From a virus, in IMG/VR virus record IMGVR_UViG_3300048583_000274, positions 1 through 64,000 of that record: a stretch of 64,000 nucleotides of DNA; one strand, written 5' to 3'. The first letter of the stretch is position 1; every line of letters begins with the position of its first letter. Of the stretch, positions 34,020 to 41,952 are shown in pieces. Under the pieces are notes generated by a model. The model saw only the letters and a program-made list of their open reading frames with translations. It had not been told where the DNA came from and made no database searches. The position numbers were made by a program, and so were the translations under genes.

Positions 34020-34547
34020 TTGAGAAACATTTATTATATTTGTTACATGAACAAAGATGTACTAATAGGATACATTAATCAAGGATTAAGTACCTGGAAA
34101 ATTGCTGAAGAGTTAAATACTACTCAACCTAACATTAGATATTGGTTAAAGAAATATAATCTTCAAACTTTAAGAAAAACTAATGATGACAATAATTTAA
34201 AATTATGTCCTAAATGTAAAACATCTAGACCTAAAGATGATTTTTATAAATCAATTAAATCTAGTTCTTACTGCAAGTCTTGTATTATTATTTCTAATAA
34301 AGAGAGACAAAGAAATACTAAACAACTAGCTGTAGAATATAAAGGCGGTAAATGTTCTAAATGTGGATACAATAAATGTATAGCAGTATTAGAGTTTCAT
34401 CATGTTGATCCAAACACTAAAGATAAAGATTACTTTAACTCAAGAGGTGGACTAACAGATAATCTTAAAACTGAGTTAGACAAGTGTGTCCTTCTGTGTG
34501 CAAATTGCCATAGAGAAGAACATCACTCATCAACTACTGACATTTAA
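34020..34547 (+). CDS. HNH homing endonuclease with N-terminal HTH
   Basis: The ATG is at 34047. HTH: LSTWKIAEELNTTQPNIRYWLKKYNL. Zinc-binding pairs: CPKC...CKSC. HNH core: KCSKCGY...LEFHHVDPNTKD...LLCANCHREEHH. It is the only plus-strand gene in the accessory region. Confidence 0.8.
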   Translation: MRNIYYICYMNKDVLIGYINQGLSTWKIAEELNTTQPNIRYWLKKYNLQTLRKTNDDNNLKLCPKCKTSRPKDDFYKSIKSSSYCKSCIIISNKERQRNTKQLAVEYKGGKCSKCGYNKCIAVLEFHHVDPNTKDKDYFNSRGGLTDNLKTELDKCVLLCANCHREEHHSSTTDI

Positions 34548-34833
34548 CTAGAATTACTCCGTTTAATACTTGGGTGAACCTACGTCACCAATTAAGAACA
34601 GTGTACCTATGACCAAAGAAACTTAGTAGGTATTTAGTCGCAACTTCATTATCTTTATTGCCACTTTGTAATGTTCAAATATAAATACCCTGTTAATTCA
34701 GGATTAGTATCTTTATGTGAATTATGCTGACTACTTACCTCGTTTCACTATTGTTAAGTCTAGCAGATTAATATCCTTTACGAGATTCTCTTTTTTATAA
34801 TTCACAAAGGTTCAATGTTTAGCCTTTTTGTTT

Positions 34834-35187
34834 TTACTTGTCTAAATTAGCAGATTGCTCTTCTAAGAAAGCCAAAGTTTTTTTGTGATTGACCAAATTT
34901 TCTTCAGCTTCAATCAAATTGTTTTGAGCAGCTACAAGGTTAGAAACATAAGCATTTCTGTCTTCAATTTGCTTCCCATTGTTTAATCTTGAAAGTTTTA
35001 GATTTTCTTTGGCACTTTCTACACGGTCTTCTAAGGAAATAGTATCTCCTGTCATTGAAGCAATACTTGTTTTCAAAGCTGAATCAGCTTGTCTTAAAAT
35101 CTTTTGCCCTGTGGCTTCTGCATCATCCCCTTTAAGGATTGCAACTACTTCTTTTACGAAACTACATGCTTTTTTTGCTGTGTCCAT
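34834..35187 (-). CDS. hypothetical coiled-coil protein
   Basis: 117-aa ORF, helical and heptad-like, abutting the upstream ORF. Confidence 0.5.
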   Translation of the reverse strand: MDTAKKACSFVKEVVAILKGDDAEATGQKILRQADSALKTSIASMTGDTISLEDRVESAKENLKLSRLNNGKQIEDRNAYVSNLVAAQNNLIEAEENLVNHKKTLAFLEEQSANLDK

Positions 35188-35189
35188 TT

Positions 35190-36359
35190 TTAAAGGTATT
35201 TAGAGTTATTGATAATTTTTAATTTAACCGGAGAAACTTCTACGGGAGTAAAAGTAAGGCTTTTATGATTAGATTTACCTAGTCTAGGAATAGCAGGAAC
35301 AGGAACACTAGTATTTTTTTTAAGAGATATTTCTCCGGACTCTGTTTTAAATGCTTCTTGTACAGTAACAGGATGCTCTGAAGTTTTAAGAGGAACCCAT
35401 CCTTCATGCATTAATTGCCAGTGAGAACTTGTAATATTATCTATAGTGTAAGTCCAATTTTTCTCAAGTTCATAAGTATTTTTACTTCTTAATCTTAAGA
35501 TTTTAACACAAGCTCCTTTTTTTAAAAGAGTTGATTGAGGATTATCTTTTAAAGCTATTAAGTATCTTCCCTCAAGGTTATTTCCATACTTATCAAGTTC
35601 AGTTAGTTTTTTTAAGGCTTCTTCTGATAGGATTTCCCAATCATCAGAATTAAAAGTATTTGGAAAATAATATCCTCCTTTAGTTAATTTACAAGAATTT
35701 GCATCTTGAGATAAAATTCTAACAATCTCTCCTTTTCTCACTGCTGATCCTTGAGGATTAGTTACTAAAGCTTTGAGATAAACTCCTACTAAATCAGGAA
35801 AAGAAGGATTAAATCCTACAGGCATTAGTTCATATTTATCTTTCTTCCTAGGAGATAAAGCTGCAGAACAAAGATAGTGGGGATCACTAGGAAATTCAAC
35901 TACTCCTCTATCTAGAATAAGACCATATTCTCCTGCTTTAACTGCTCCTCCATGAGGATAATCTACCAAAGCTTTAAGGTATCTCCCTTTGTATTTAGAA
36001 AGATCAGAAAAAGTGTTTGTAGAACATTCAGGATATGCTGAGGTTAAGTCAGGATGATAGCTAGGCAAATACAAATATAGTTCAGAAATAGACACTTCTC
36101 TAAAAGTATCCCATCTTTGACAATCTGTTCCTGTAGTTCCTATATATTCTCTTTTTTCCCATTTTTCTTTTATCATTTCATTAAAAGAGAATAGACCACC
36201 TGCAGAATCAATACCTTTACCTTGAAAACCTGCAAATTTTGCAGCTTTAATAGAATGCCATAAACTACTTACATACCACTTACCTATTATAAAATCTTCT
36301 TTTTTCATAATTAATTGTTTTAAAAACACACAATCCATCAAGATTGGGATAAACGTCAA
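35190..36359 (-). CDS. hypothetical protein with three internal repeats
   Basis: The probable start is MKKEDF (ATG at 36308). Repeats: GRYLKALVDYPHGGAVKAGEYGLILD, GVYLKALVTNPQGSAVRKGEIVRILS and GRYLIALKDNPQSTLLKKGACVKILR. Confidence 0.55.
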   Translation of the reverse strand: MTFIPILMDCVFLKQLIMKKEDFIIGKWYVSSLWHSIKAAKFAGFQGKGIDSAGGLFSFNEMIKEKWEKREYIGTTGTDCQRWDTFREVSISELYLYLPSYHPDLTSAYPECSTNTFSDLSKYKGRYLKALVDYPHGGAVKAGEYGLILDRGVVEFPSDPHYLCSAALSPRKKDKYELMPVGFNPSFPDLVGVYLKALVTNPQGSAVRKGEIVRILSQDANSCKLTKGGYYFPNTFNSDDWEILSEEALKKLTELDKYGNNLEGRYLIALKDNPQSTLLKKGACVKILRLRSKNTYELEKNWTYTIDNITSSHWQLMHEGWVPLKTSEHPVTVQEAFKTESGEISLKKNTSVPVPAIPRLGKSNHKSLTFTPVEVSPVKLKIINNSKYL

Positions 36360-36567
36360 CAGTTTTCATAAGTAGACTTACTATTTCCATTAAATAGGAA
36401 ATACCCTCATACAAATTACCTAATTTCCTAGTCTATCATACTCAACAAACATAACACTTCTTGATAGTATTTACAATACACTAAAATGAATCCTTGATAC
36501 TTGGTTCTCCCTTTAGTTTCGAGTATCCTATATTGTATTGTTTGTTTTTCTATTGTGTGTTTAATTT

Positions 36568-36771
36568 TTACTGATGAATAATATGTTTTATAGAGCTAGG
36601 ATATAATTCTAGAGTTGAATCTACCATGGGTCTTTTTATTAGAACACTTCCAAAAGAAGTTTGTTCAAATTTACAAGAATACACTGTTGTCTTTGTCTCA
36701 GAAGGTTGATTGAATTTTGGTTCAGAGGCAACAGTGTATTTAATGTTTTCTGTATGTACACAAAGTATCAT
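36568..36771 (-). CDS. hypothetical protein
   Basis: 67-aa ORF, 2 nt from the upstream lipoprotein gene. Confidence 0.4.
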   Translation of the reverse strand: MILCVHTENIKYTVASEPKFNQPSETKTTVYSCKFEQTSFGSVLIKRPMVDSTLELYPSSIKHIIHQ

Positions 36772-36773
36772 AG

Positions 36774-37112
36774 CTATTGTTTATAAAACATACCATAGTT
36801 AAGGTCTGTATCTGTCTGCACATTTATCACATCAGCTTGAGTAGTTTTACTTATTTTGTAGACTATTCCATTATGAGGAACATAAATAGAAGTTTCATCA
36901 ATGTCATAATCTGTGGCACTAAATAGCTGATATTCTATGTAGAGAGTAACTGTGCCATCATAATCAAATGTGACCCAATTATAGTCTGCATACAAAGAAA
37001 TGTAATTTCCCGGATTAAACTCTACATTGTTAGAGTTATTAGTTTTCTGTTCATCCTCTGCTGAGCAAGAGAATAATAAAGGGAGTAATAAGAGTAAAAG
37101 TAATTTTTTCAT
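36774..37112 (-). CDS. putative lipoprotein
   Basis: Signal peptide plus lipobox: MKKLLLLLLLPLLFSC. Confidence 0.6.
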   Translation of the reverse strand: MKKLLLLLLLPLLFSCSAEDEQKTNNSNNVEFNPGNYISLYADYNWVTFDYDGTVTLYIEYQLFSATDYDIDETSIYVPHNGIVYKISKTTQADVINVQTDTDLNYGMFYKQ

Positions 37113-37354
37113 TTTTTAAAGTTGTTTTTAGGTTTGTCAAAGAATTTGTTTTTTGGAGTATCTATAATCTTTGTTTCAGGGAGCTGTACAGTTCTCATCT
37201 CAAAGATAATTGGTTCAGGTTTAAATTGTGAATTCACAATATTTTTAGCTTCTAGGTTATTTACAACAACAACAGCTTGATCTATATTGTTATGGATTGC
37301 TTTAGCAACTGTTGAACCTAGGTCAATACTTCCTATTATGATTATATGTTTCAT
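37109..37354 (-). CDS. hypothetical protein
   Basis: 81-aa ORF overlapping the lipoprotein start by 4 nt. Confidence 0.45.
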   Translation of the reverse strand: MKHIIIIGSIDLGSTVAKAIHNNIDQAVVVVNNLEAKNIVNSQFKPEPIIFEMRTVQLPETKIIDTPKNKFFDKPKNNFKK

Positions 37355-37689
37355 AATGTCAGTTTTATTGATTAGTTAAAAATAAACTTCTAATAGCTGT
37401 AGTTTCTTCCACTCTTTACTAGGGCTGTGTAGACCTATATTAGAAGATTAAATGAGTGTCTATCTCAAGATTTATTAAGTTGAAGCATCTCACTTCTTTA
37501 CACTACTACTTGCTAGGAGCTACCTGCTTCATAAGTGTGGCTGTTCATAAACTAGGCTTAAGTAGTATTTTAAATAAACTCTACAAGGTTGCACCTTATT
37601 AACTAAATCAACAATATTGCTAAAAAGCTTCATCTTATAAAGATATATATTGTTCCAAGTAATTATCCTGTAATTGGATAGAGTTTATA

Positions 37690-38073
37690 TTATTTTAAAA
37701 TATGAGTTTTAAGCCAATTAAGGCCTGATGGATTCCAATCATTATCTTTTCTGATTAGAAGCTTATTAGCTTTAGGAAAATAATCTACAATACCAAATTT
37801 CTCAGTATTAATAGTTACTTTTCCTTGTCCTGCATTATAATCTAAAGATATGACATTTGAGCTATTCTCAAGCTCCTCATACCATTTACCAAAGTTATGT
37901 AGTCTTTGCTCTCTGAAAACCTTTTTATTGGCCCCCATGTAAGCTAAGTCATTGTCTTTGGAATTAGCCTCTTGTTTAAGAGCTAATACTTGATCTGTTT
38001 CACAACTAGTGCAAATACCTGTTAATTTGTTAGCAATGTAAATATTGCATTTAGGACAAATATTATGTTCCAT
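37690..38073 (-). CDS. hypothetical protein with N-terminal zinc ribbon
   Basis: CPKC...CTSC within the first 25 residues. 127 aa. Confidence 0.5.
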   Translation of the reverse strand: MEHNICPKCNIYIANKLTGICTSCETDQVLALKQEANSKDNDLAYMGANKKVFREQRLHNFGKWYEELENSSNVISLDYNAGQGKVTINTEKFGIVDYFPKANKLLIRKDNDWNPSGLNWLKTHILK

Positions 38074-38161
38074 GATTAAAATTGATTAATAATATGATAA
38101 AGAGAGTTATTTAGATTGCTCTTGAGTTCCCACCCTAACTCTCTTTATCAAAATTAAAGTC

Positions 38162-38665
38162 CTATTTAGATGCAGCCTTTCTCCCTGCCAAAAAACCTCT
38201 GTTATGTCCATCTTGGTAAGTGGATTGGTTAATTTTAGGTAAAGGAGCTATTGGAGCAATAGGACAAATAGCCAAATTACCTTTGATGTCTTTCCAACCT
38301 GCACAATAACCATCTTCCCATCCCTGAGAATAAGAGTTATTGATTACAGGAGAGTTATTTAAAGATACTGGTAAAATGGTAGAAGTTGATGTAGATGTTG
38401 TTTGTAGATACTTTTTGGAATAGTTTCCTTTGATATTTTTATATACAATAAACATCTTACCTTTTTCTGAAATGTAAACAGGATATTTGATTGTTTTGTA
38501 AATAGCAAAGTCTGAGGTCTTAGTGGCTTTGCCTATTAATTGGGCCTCTGTCTTTGGAGCATCAAGGTTATAGGTTTTTTGACTATAACTTACTGTAATA
38601 CACAATAAAAGGAGAGCTAGAATCAATATTCTAGTGAATACAAATGTTTTAAAAGCTGGTTTCAT
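38162..38665 (-). CDS. putative secreted protein
   Basis: N-terminal hydrophobic signal-like segment FVFTRILILALLLLCITVS, plus a TSTSTST linker. Confidence 0.5.
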   Translation of the reverse strand: MKPAFKTFVFTRILILALLLLCITVSYSQKTYNLDAPKTEAQLIGKATKTSDFAIYKTIKYPVYISEKGKMFIVYKNIKGNYSKKYLQTTSTSTSTILPVSLNNSPVINNSYSQGWEDGYCAGWKDIKGNLAICPIAPIAPLPKINQSTYQDGHNRGFLAGRKAASK

Positions 38666-38682
38666 AATGAATGAATTAAGAG

Positions 38683-38877
38683 TTATTTTTTATCTTTTGG
38701 TACTTTGACACCTATGTAAATACAGATTAATACATTGACTATAGAAGCTATTGCTGCTATTGGCCAATTAGGAAAAAAGTCTTTACTTCCATGAAATGTA
38801 CCTATAATCATAATGATTATAAAGAGAGTGCTTGAGGCTACTAGCCAAGCTTCCCAAAGGGTTTGATTTATTTTCAT
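38683..38877 (-). CDS. small membrane protein
   Basis: 64 aa with two TM helices. Confidence 0.5.
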   Translation of the reverse strand: MKINQTLWEAWLVASSTLFIIIMIIGTFHGSKDFFPNWPIAAIASIVNVLICIYIGVKVPKDKK

Positions 38878-39218
38878 TGGTTATATTATTAGAGTAAGAA
38901 AATGCTATTTAATAGCTTGAGATGCTCCCGGTGTTAAAAAAGGATATCATGGCCAAATGAAGAGATTTGGGAGCATCTGTGGGCTATTATAGTAGTCTAA
39001 TTGAGTATTTAAGTTCATTGGGACTTAGTTGCAACAATTACCAAATATGCTTATTTACTTAAAAGGCTATTATAGTATATGTGTGGTATTTAGTATTTTT
39101 TGGATATTGATGAAAATGGTGGTGTTTGACTTAGCACACACTCAACATTCACACTATCAACAAGTTAAGCCAACTTATTTAATAAATTTGTTTAACCTAA
39201 AGATATAAATACTATAAC

Positions 39219-39236
39219 TTAGTGAGGGTGTTGCGA
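39219..39236 (-). promoter_or_regulatory. conserved promoter-like motif, copy 2
   Basis: TTAGTGAGGGTGTTGCGA. The minus strand reads TCGCAACACCCTCACTAAGTTATAGTATTTA. Confidence 0.55.
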
Positions 39237-39273
39237 AAAGGTATCATAGATAAAAATAAGGAGAACCATGAGC

Positions 39274-39363
39274 TTATAGCCCATAGTCCTCAAGCAATTC
39301 ATTAGCTGTTTCTAGATCACATAAGATTGCATCTTGATATTGATCACAAAGTATATCACACAT
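39274..39363 (-). CDS. very small hypothetical ORF
   Basis: 29-aa ORF (MCDILCDQYQDAILCDLETANELLEDYGL) starting ~18 nt downstream of motif copy 3. The coding status is uncertain. Confidence 0.25.
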   Translation of the reverse strand: MCDILCDQYQDAILCDLETANELLEDYGL

Positions 39364-39380
39364 AGTTTAAAAGGTTAGAA

Positions 39381-39409
39381 GATTAATACTCTAACTAAGT
39401 GAGGGTGTA
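39381..39409 (-). promoter_or_regulatory. conserved promoter-like motif, copy 3
   Basis: GATTAATACTCTAACTAAGTGAGGGTGTA matches copy 4 at 27 of 29 positions. Confidence 0.55.
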
Positions 39410-39433
39410 TGAAGAGATGGGTTATTTATAATA

Positions 39434-39468
39434 TGCAGTTACTATCCCATATTATAGGGACAGCAACT
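39434..39468 (-). terminator. hairpin, candidate terminator
   Basis: gcagtt...aactgc outer stem with an inner tatccc/gggaca stem. It lies 10 nt past the stop of ORF 39478..39750. The tail is A/U-rich rather than a pure U-tract. Confidence 0.35.
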
Positions 39469-39477
39469 GCGGTATTA

Positions 39478-39750
39478 TTACAGTACTACATCAGGAGCTT
39501 GGCTGTATAGAACTATGGTCTTAGCTGTGTACAGTCCTTTAGGCCCTGTTTTCTCAGCTACAGAGATACCCAATGTGGTTGGGTTCTTAGTTTTAACAGC
39601 CTCTAATGTATCCTTGTGGATAAGTATTGCAGTTCGGGTATTATTGTCCCAATCTTTATACCACTCTGTTTTTTCATTTGTTTCAGTAACAACTTGATTA
39701 AGATTGATAGTTTCAACTCCTAATGTTTTTTTGATTTCTGCTAAGTTCAT
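39478..39750 (-). CDS. hypothetical protein
   Basis: 90-aa ORF whose start is 19 nt downstream of motif copy 4. Confidence 0.55.
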   Translation of the reverse strand: MNLAEIKKTLGVETINLNQVVTETNEKTEWYKDWDNNTRTAILIHKDTLEAVKTKNPTTLGISVAEKTGPKGLYTAKTIVLYSQAPDVVL

Positions 39751-39768
39751 AATGTTTATAAATTAAAT

Positions 39769-39797
39769 GATTAATACTCTAAATCAGTGAGGGTGTA
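39769..39797 (-). promoter_or_regulatory. conserved promoter-like motif, copy 4
   Basis: GATTAATACTCTAAATCAGTGAGGGTGTA. The minus strand reads TACACCCTCACTGATTTAGAGTATTAATC. Confidence 0.55.
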
Positions 39798-39870
39798 GTG
39801 ATATGTTATACATCCTGCAGGATTACCTTTGTTCCCAAAATCAAGGGGAGGGGTATTGTAATCCTAATAA

Positions 39871-39905
39871 TAAGTGGGGGTGTTGTCGCTAAGCACCCTC
39901 ACACT
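39871..39905. promoter_or_regulatory. inverted pair of motif cores at the divergent switch region
   Basis: TAAGTGGGGGTGTTG (a minus-oriented variant) is followed 8 nt later by CACCCTCACACT (plus-oriented). The pair lies between the leftward and rightward modules. Confidence 0.45.
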
Positions 39906-39989
39906 CTAAAAAATATCCAAAAAATTTATTTTGAACATGACCAAAAAATTTTTAGTAAAAAATTTTAGACCTATGTTAAATATTCTTCT

Positions 39990-39997
39990 TAACTTTG
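39990..39997 (+). promoter_or_regulatory. candidate Bacteroidota-type -7 box (TAnnTTTG)
   Basis: TAACTTTG lies 28 nt upstream of the first ATG (40025) of the rightward module. No clear -33 TTTG partner was seen. Confidence 0.3.
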
Positions 39998-40018
39998 TTT
40001 CAGATTAATCTTTAACAT

Positions 40019-40378
40019 TTGTATATGATATCCTCTAATGTATTTCCTACCAACCTAATTAATCAACAGTTACAGAAGATTAAACAAGCCTCTCCAAAAG
40101 AGCTTAAAGCTCAGTTTCCTTTATATCCTACTATTAAAAAGCAAGAGATTGGAGATGGTTTTAGTTTCATCACTTTGGTTAGAAAGTTCTACCAAGGCCG
40201 GTACTATTTATATGTGAAGCAAAGTTTTCATATATCAGAATCGAGAGCCATTCATGAATTGCATAAAGAAGTACATACTTTTCTTATGATAGGAGTTTGT
40301 CACTTTACAGATAAAGAAGATGATAATCAGATTTCAGAATTTAAAAGATTAGAAGAATTATCTAACCCTAAAAAATAA
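40019..40378 (+). CDS. hypothetical protein
   Basis: First ORF of the rightward module. The first ATG is at 40025. Confidence 0.5.
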   Translation: MYMISSNVFPTNLINQQLQKIKQASPKELKAQFPLYPTIKKQEIGDGFSFITLVRKFYQGRYYLYVKQSFHISESRAIHELHKEVHTFLMIGVCHFTDKEDDNQISEFKRLEELSNPKK

Positions 40379-40382
40379 AGTA

Positions 40383-40928
40383 ATGGCAGAAGAGCAAGGA
40401 GCTAGTTTCAACCCTGAAGAATTGGAACCGGCAAGAGAAATGATACAGACAGGAAAAGAGCTTAGGAAAACTTATGTTCTTAGAAAAACAGCTACTGAAA
40501 TAGGGCTTAGAGAAATAGCAGCCCTTCCTCCTTATACTGAGGCTGAGCTAGCTTCTCTTAGAGCTGATTGGAAACTAGAAGCTAATAGTCTCTATCCGGA
40601 TCAAGGAGATTATAAAGTGACTGTAAGAAATGAACTTGGAGACCCTATTCCTATAGGGAGTGAAGTAGTTTTTATAGGGGGCCCAATCAGAGAGAATGAA
40701 GGCTTTCCTAATTATCCTGAAGGATGTGAACAGTACAGTTGGAATGTTACTGCTATTCCTGATGCTACTGTGGTTAATTTATCTTATAGAGATTGTGATT
40801 TAATAGTGGTTAATGTATCCGGCCCTGCTAGTACTTATAAACCTTTGTTTCAGTTCTGTAGTATAGAGTTTGCCTCTATTGTAACTGCAGATGGAGTAGT
40901 AACACTTGTTGGACCTTGTAGCCTTTAA
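40383..40928 (+). CDS. hypothetical protein
   Basis: 181-aa ORF in the array. Confidence 0.5.
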   Translation: MAEEQGASFNPEELEPAREMIQTGKELRKTYVLRKTATEIGLREIAALPPYTEAELASLRADWKLEANSLYPDQGDYKVTVRNELGDPIPIGSEVVFIGGPIRENEGFPNYPEGCEQYSWNVTAIPDATVVNLSYRDCDLIVVNVSGPASTYKPLFQFCSIEFASIVTADGVVTLVGPCSL

Positions 40929-41289
40929 AATTATGAAGATAATACAGAAAAGTTTACTTGAGCTAAAAGAAGCTCAGTATTACATTTATCATTTGAATAT
41001 TATTAATTGTTTCCTACCTGTTGAGCTTACTCCTAAAGAAAGAGAAGTATTAGGAACTTTTATGAGTTTCAAAGGAGAGATTGCAGAAAAAGATAGATTT
41101 GGTACTTATTTCAGAAAGGAAGTAAAGAAAGCTCTTAATCTTTCTAGTGGAGGATTAGGTAATTATTTGAGACAACTCTCTGATAAGAAAGCTATCAAAG
41201 AGAATTTAGATGGTACTTATACTGTGGAAGAATTCCTTTTTCCTGAAGAGAAGCAACAATTTTATCAATTTAAAATAGTAAAAGCATGA
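40906..41289 (+). CDS. putative winged-helix DNA-binding protein
   Basis: The probable start is MKIIQK (40933). LSSGGLGNYLRQLSDKKAIKE is wHTH-like. Confidence 0.4.
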   Translation: MLDLVAFKIMKIIQKSLLELKEAQYYIYHLNIINCFLPVELTPKEREVLGTFMSFKGEIAEKDRFGTYFRKEVKKALNLSSGGLGNYLRQLSDKKAIKENLDGTYTVEEFLFPEEKQQFYQFKIVKA

Positions 41290-41606
41290 AGATTCTCCAT
41301 CAAGATTTAATTAGAGAGTATTATGCATCTATAAAGGAGAAATATCCTCATCTAACACAGGAGCAAGTTAATGAAATATGTTCTGCTCCTTTTAAGCAAG
41401 CAAGGAAAGGAATAGAATCAGGAGATTTTCCTACCATTAGATTAAAATATTTTGGTACTTTTGTTGTGTACAATAAAAAAGTAGAAGCTCTTCTTAAGAC
41501 TTATATTAATATGTTTGCTCAGCACAGGATAACTCCTAGTAATTTTTTTAAGAAAAAAGAACAACTTGAAAAATTTTTAAAAACAAGAAATAATGAGATC
41601 ACTTAG
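41286..41606 (+). CDS. hypothetical protein
   Basis: 106-aa ORF with a 4-nt overlap to the upstream gene. Confidence 0.5.
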   Translation: MKILHQDLIREYYASIKEKYPHLTQEQVNEICSAPFKQARKGIESGDFPTIRLKYFGTFVVYNKKVEALLKTYINMFAQHRITPSNFFKKKEQLEKFLKTRNNEIT

Positions 41607-41952
41607 ACAAAAAGCTACAGCCTTTATTGAAGGGAAATTTAGAAAGAAATTGTTTTACAGTAAATGGTTTGGAAGATTTCTTCCTCTTCATATTTTTGAG
41701 CAAATCAATTACAGAATTTTTGTGATGAACAGAGAGTGTTTATCTAAAGGAGCTTGTATAGAGTGTGGATGCCCTACTCCTGACCTGCAGATGGCTAATG
41801 GAGCTTGTGAAGGCAAGTGTTATCCGGATATGATGGATGCTACTGATTGGCATATCTACAAACAAAAAAGACAAATTGAATTCAGGTATTGGGACACTTC
41901 TAAACCTAGAGAGTTTGAACTTAGAATAACTCATAAACCTATTATATTATGA
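41593..41952 (+). CDS. hypothetical Cys-rich protein
   Basis: CLSKGACIECGCPTPDLQMANGACEGKC cluster. Confidence 0.5.
   Translation: MRSLRQKATAFIEGKFRKKLFYSKWFGRFLPLHIFEQINYRIFVMNRECLSKGACIECGCPTPDLQMANGACEGKCYPDMMDATDWHIYKQKRQIEFRYWDTSKPREFELRITHKPIIL

Noticed and set aside
29160-36359. N-terminal extensions of track ORFs 29160..30479, 30504..31214, 33317..33739 and 35190..36359
   Set aside because: The extensions run through terminator hairpins or intergenic sequence and translate to hydrophobic nonsense. Internal Met codons (30440, 31148, 33610, 36308) give compact genes with sensible spacing.
33718-36413. Partial plus-strand matches to the motif core: TTAGCACCCTCTTTTTT at ~33718-33734 and ATACCCTCATAC at ~36402-36413
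   Set aside because: Only 6-8 nt of the core are shared, and the downstream AGTA-TAAT half is absent. They cannot be distinguished from chance.
39048-39206. A 52-codon plus-strand ORF encoding a hydrophobic peptide (MLIYLKGYYSICVVFSIFWIL...) inside the long leader. It was considered as a small toxin-like gene.
   Set aside because: It has no supporting start context, promoter or conservation evidence, and it lies antisense to a probable minus-strand transcript. It would need transcript or ribosome-profiling data.
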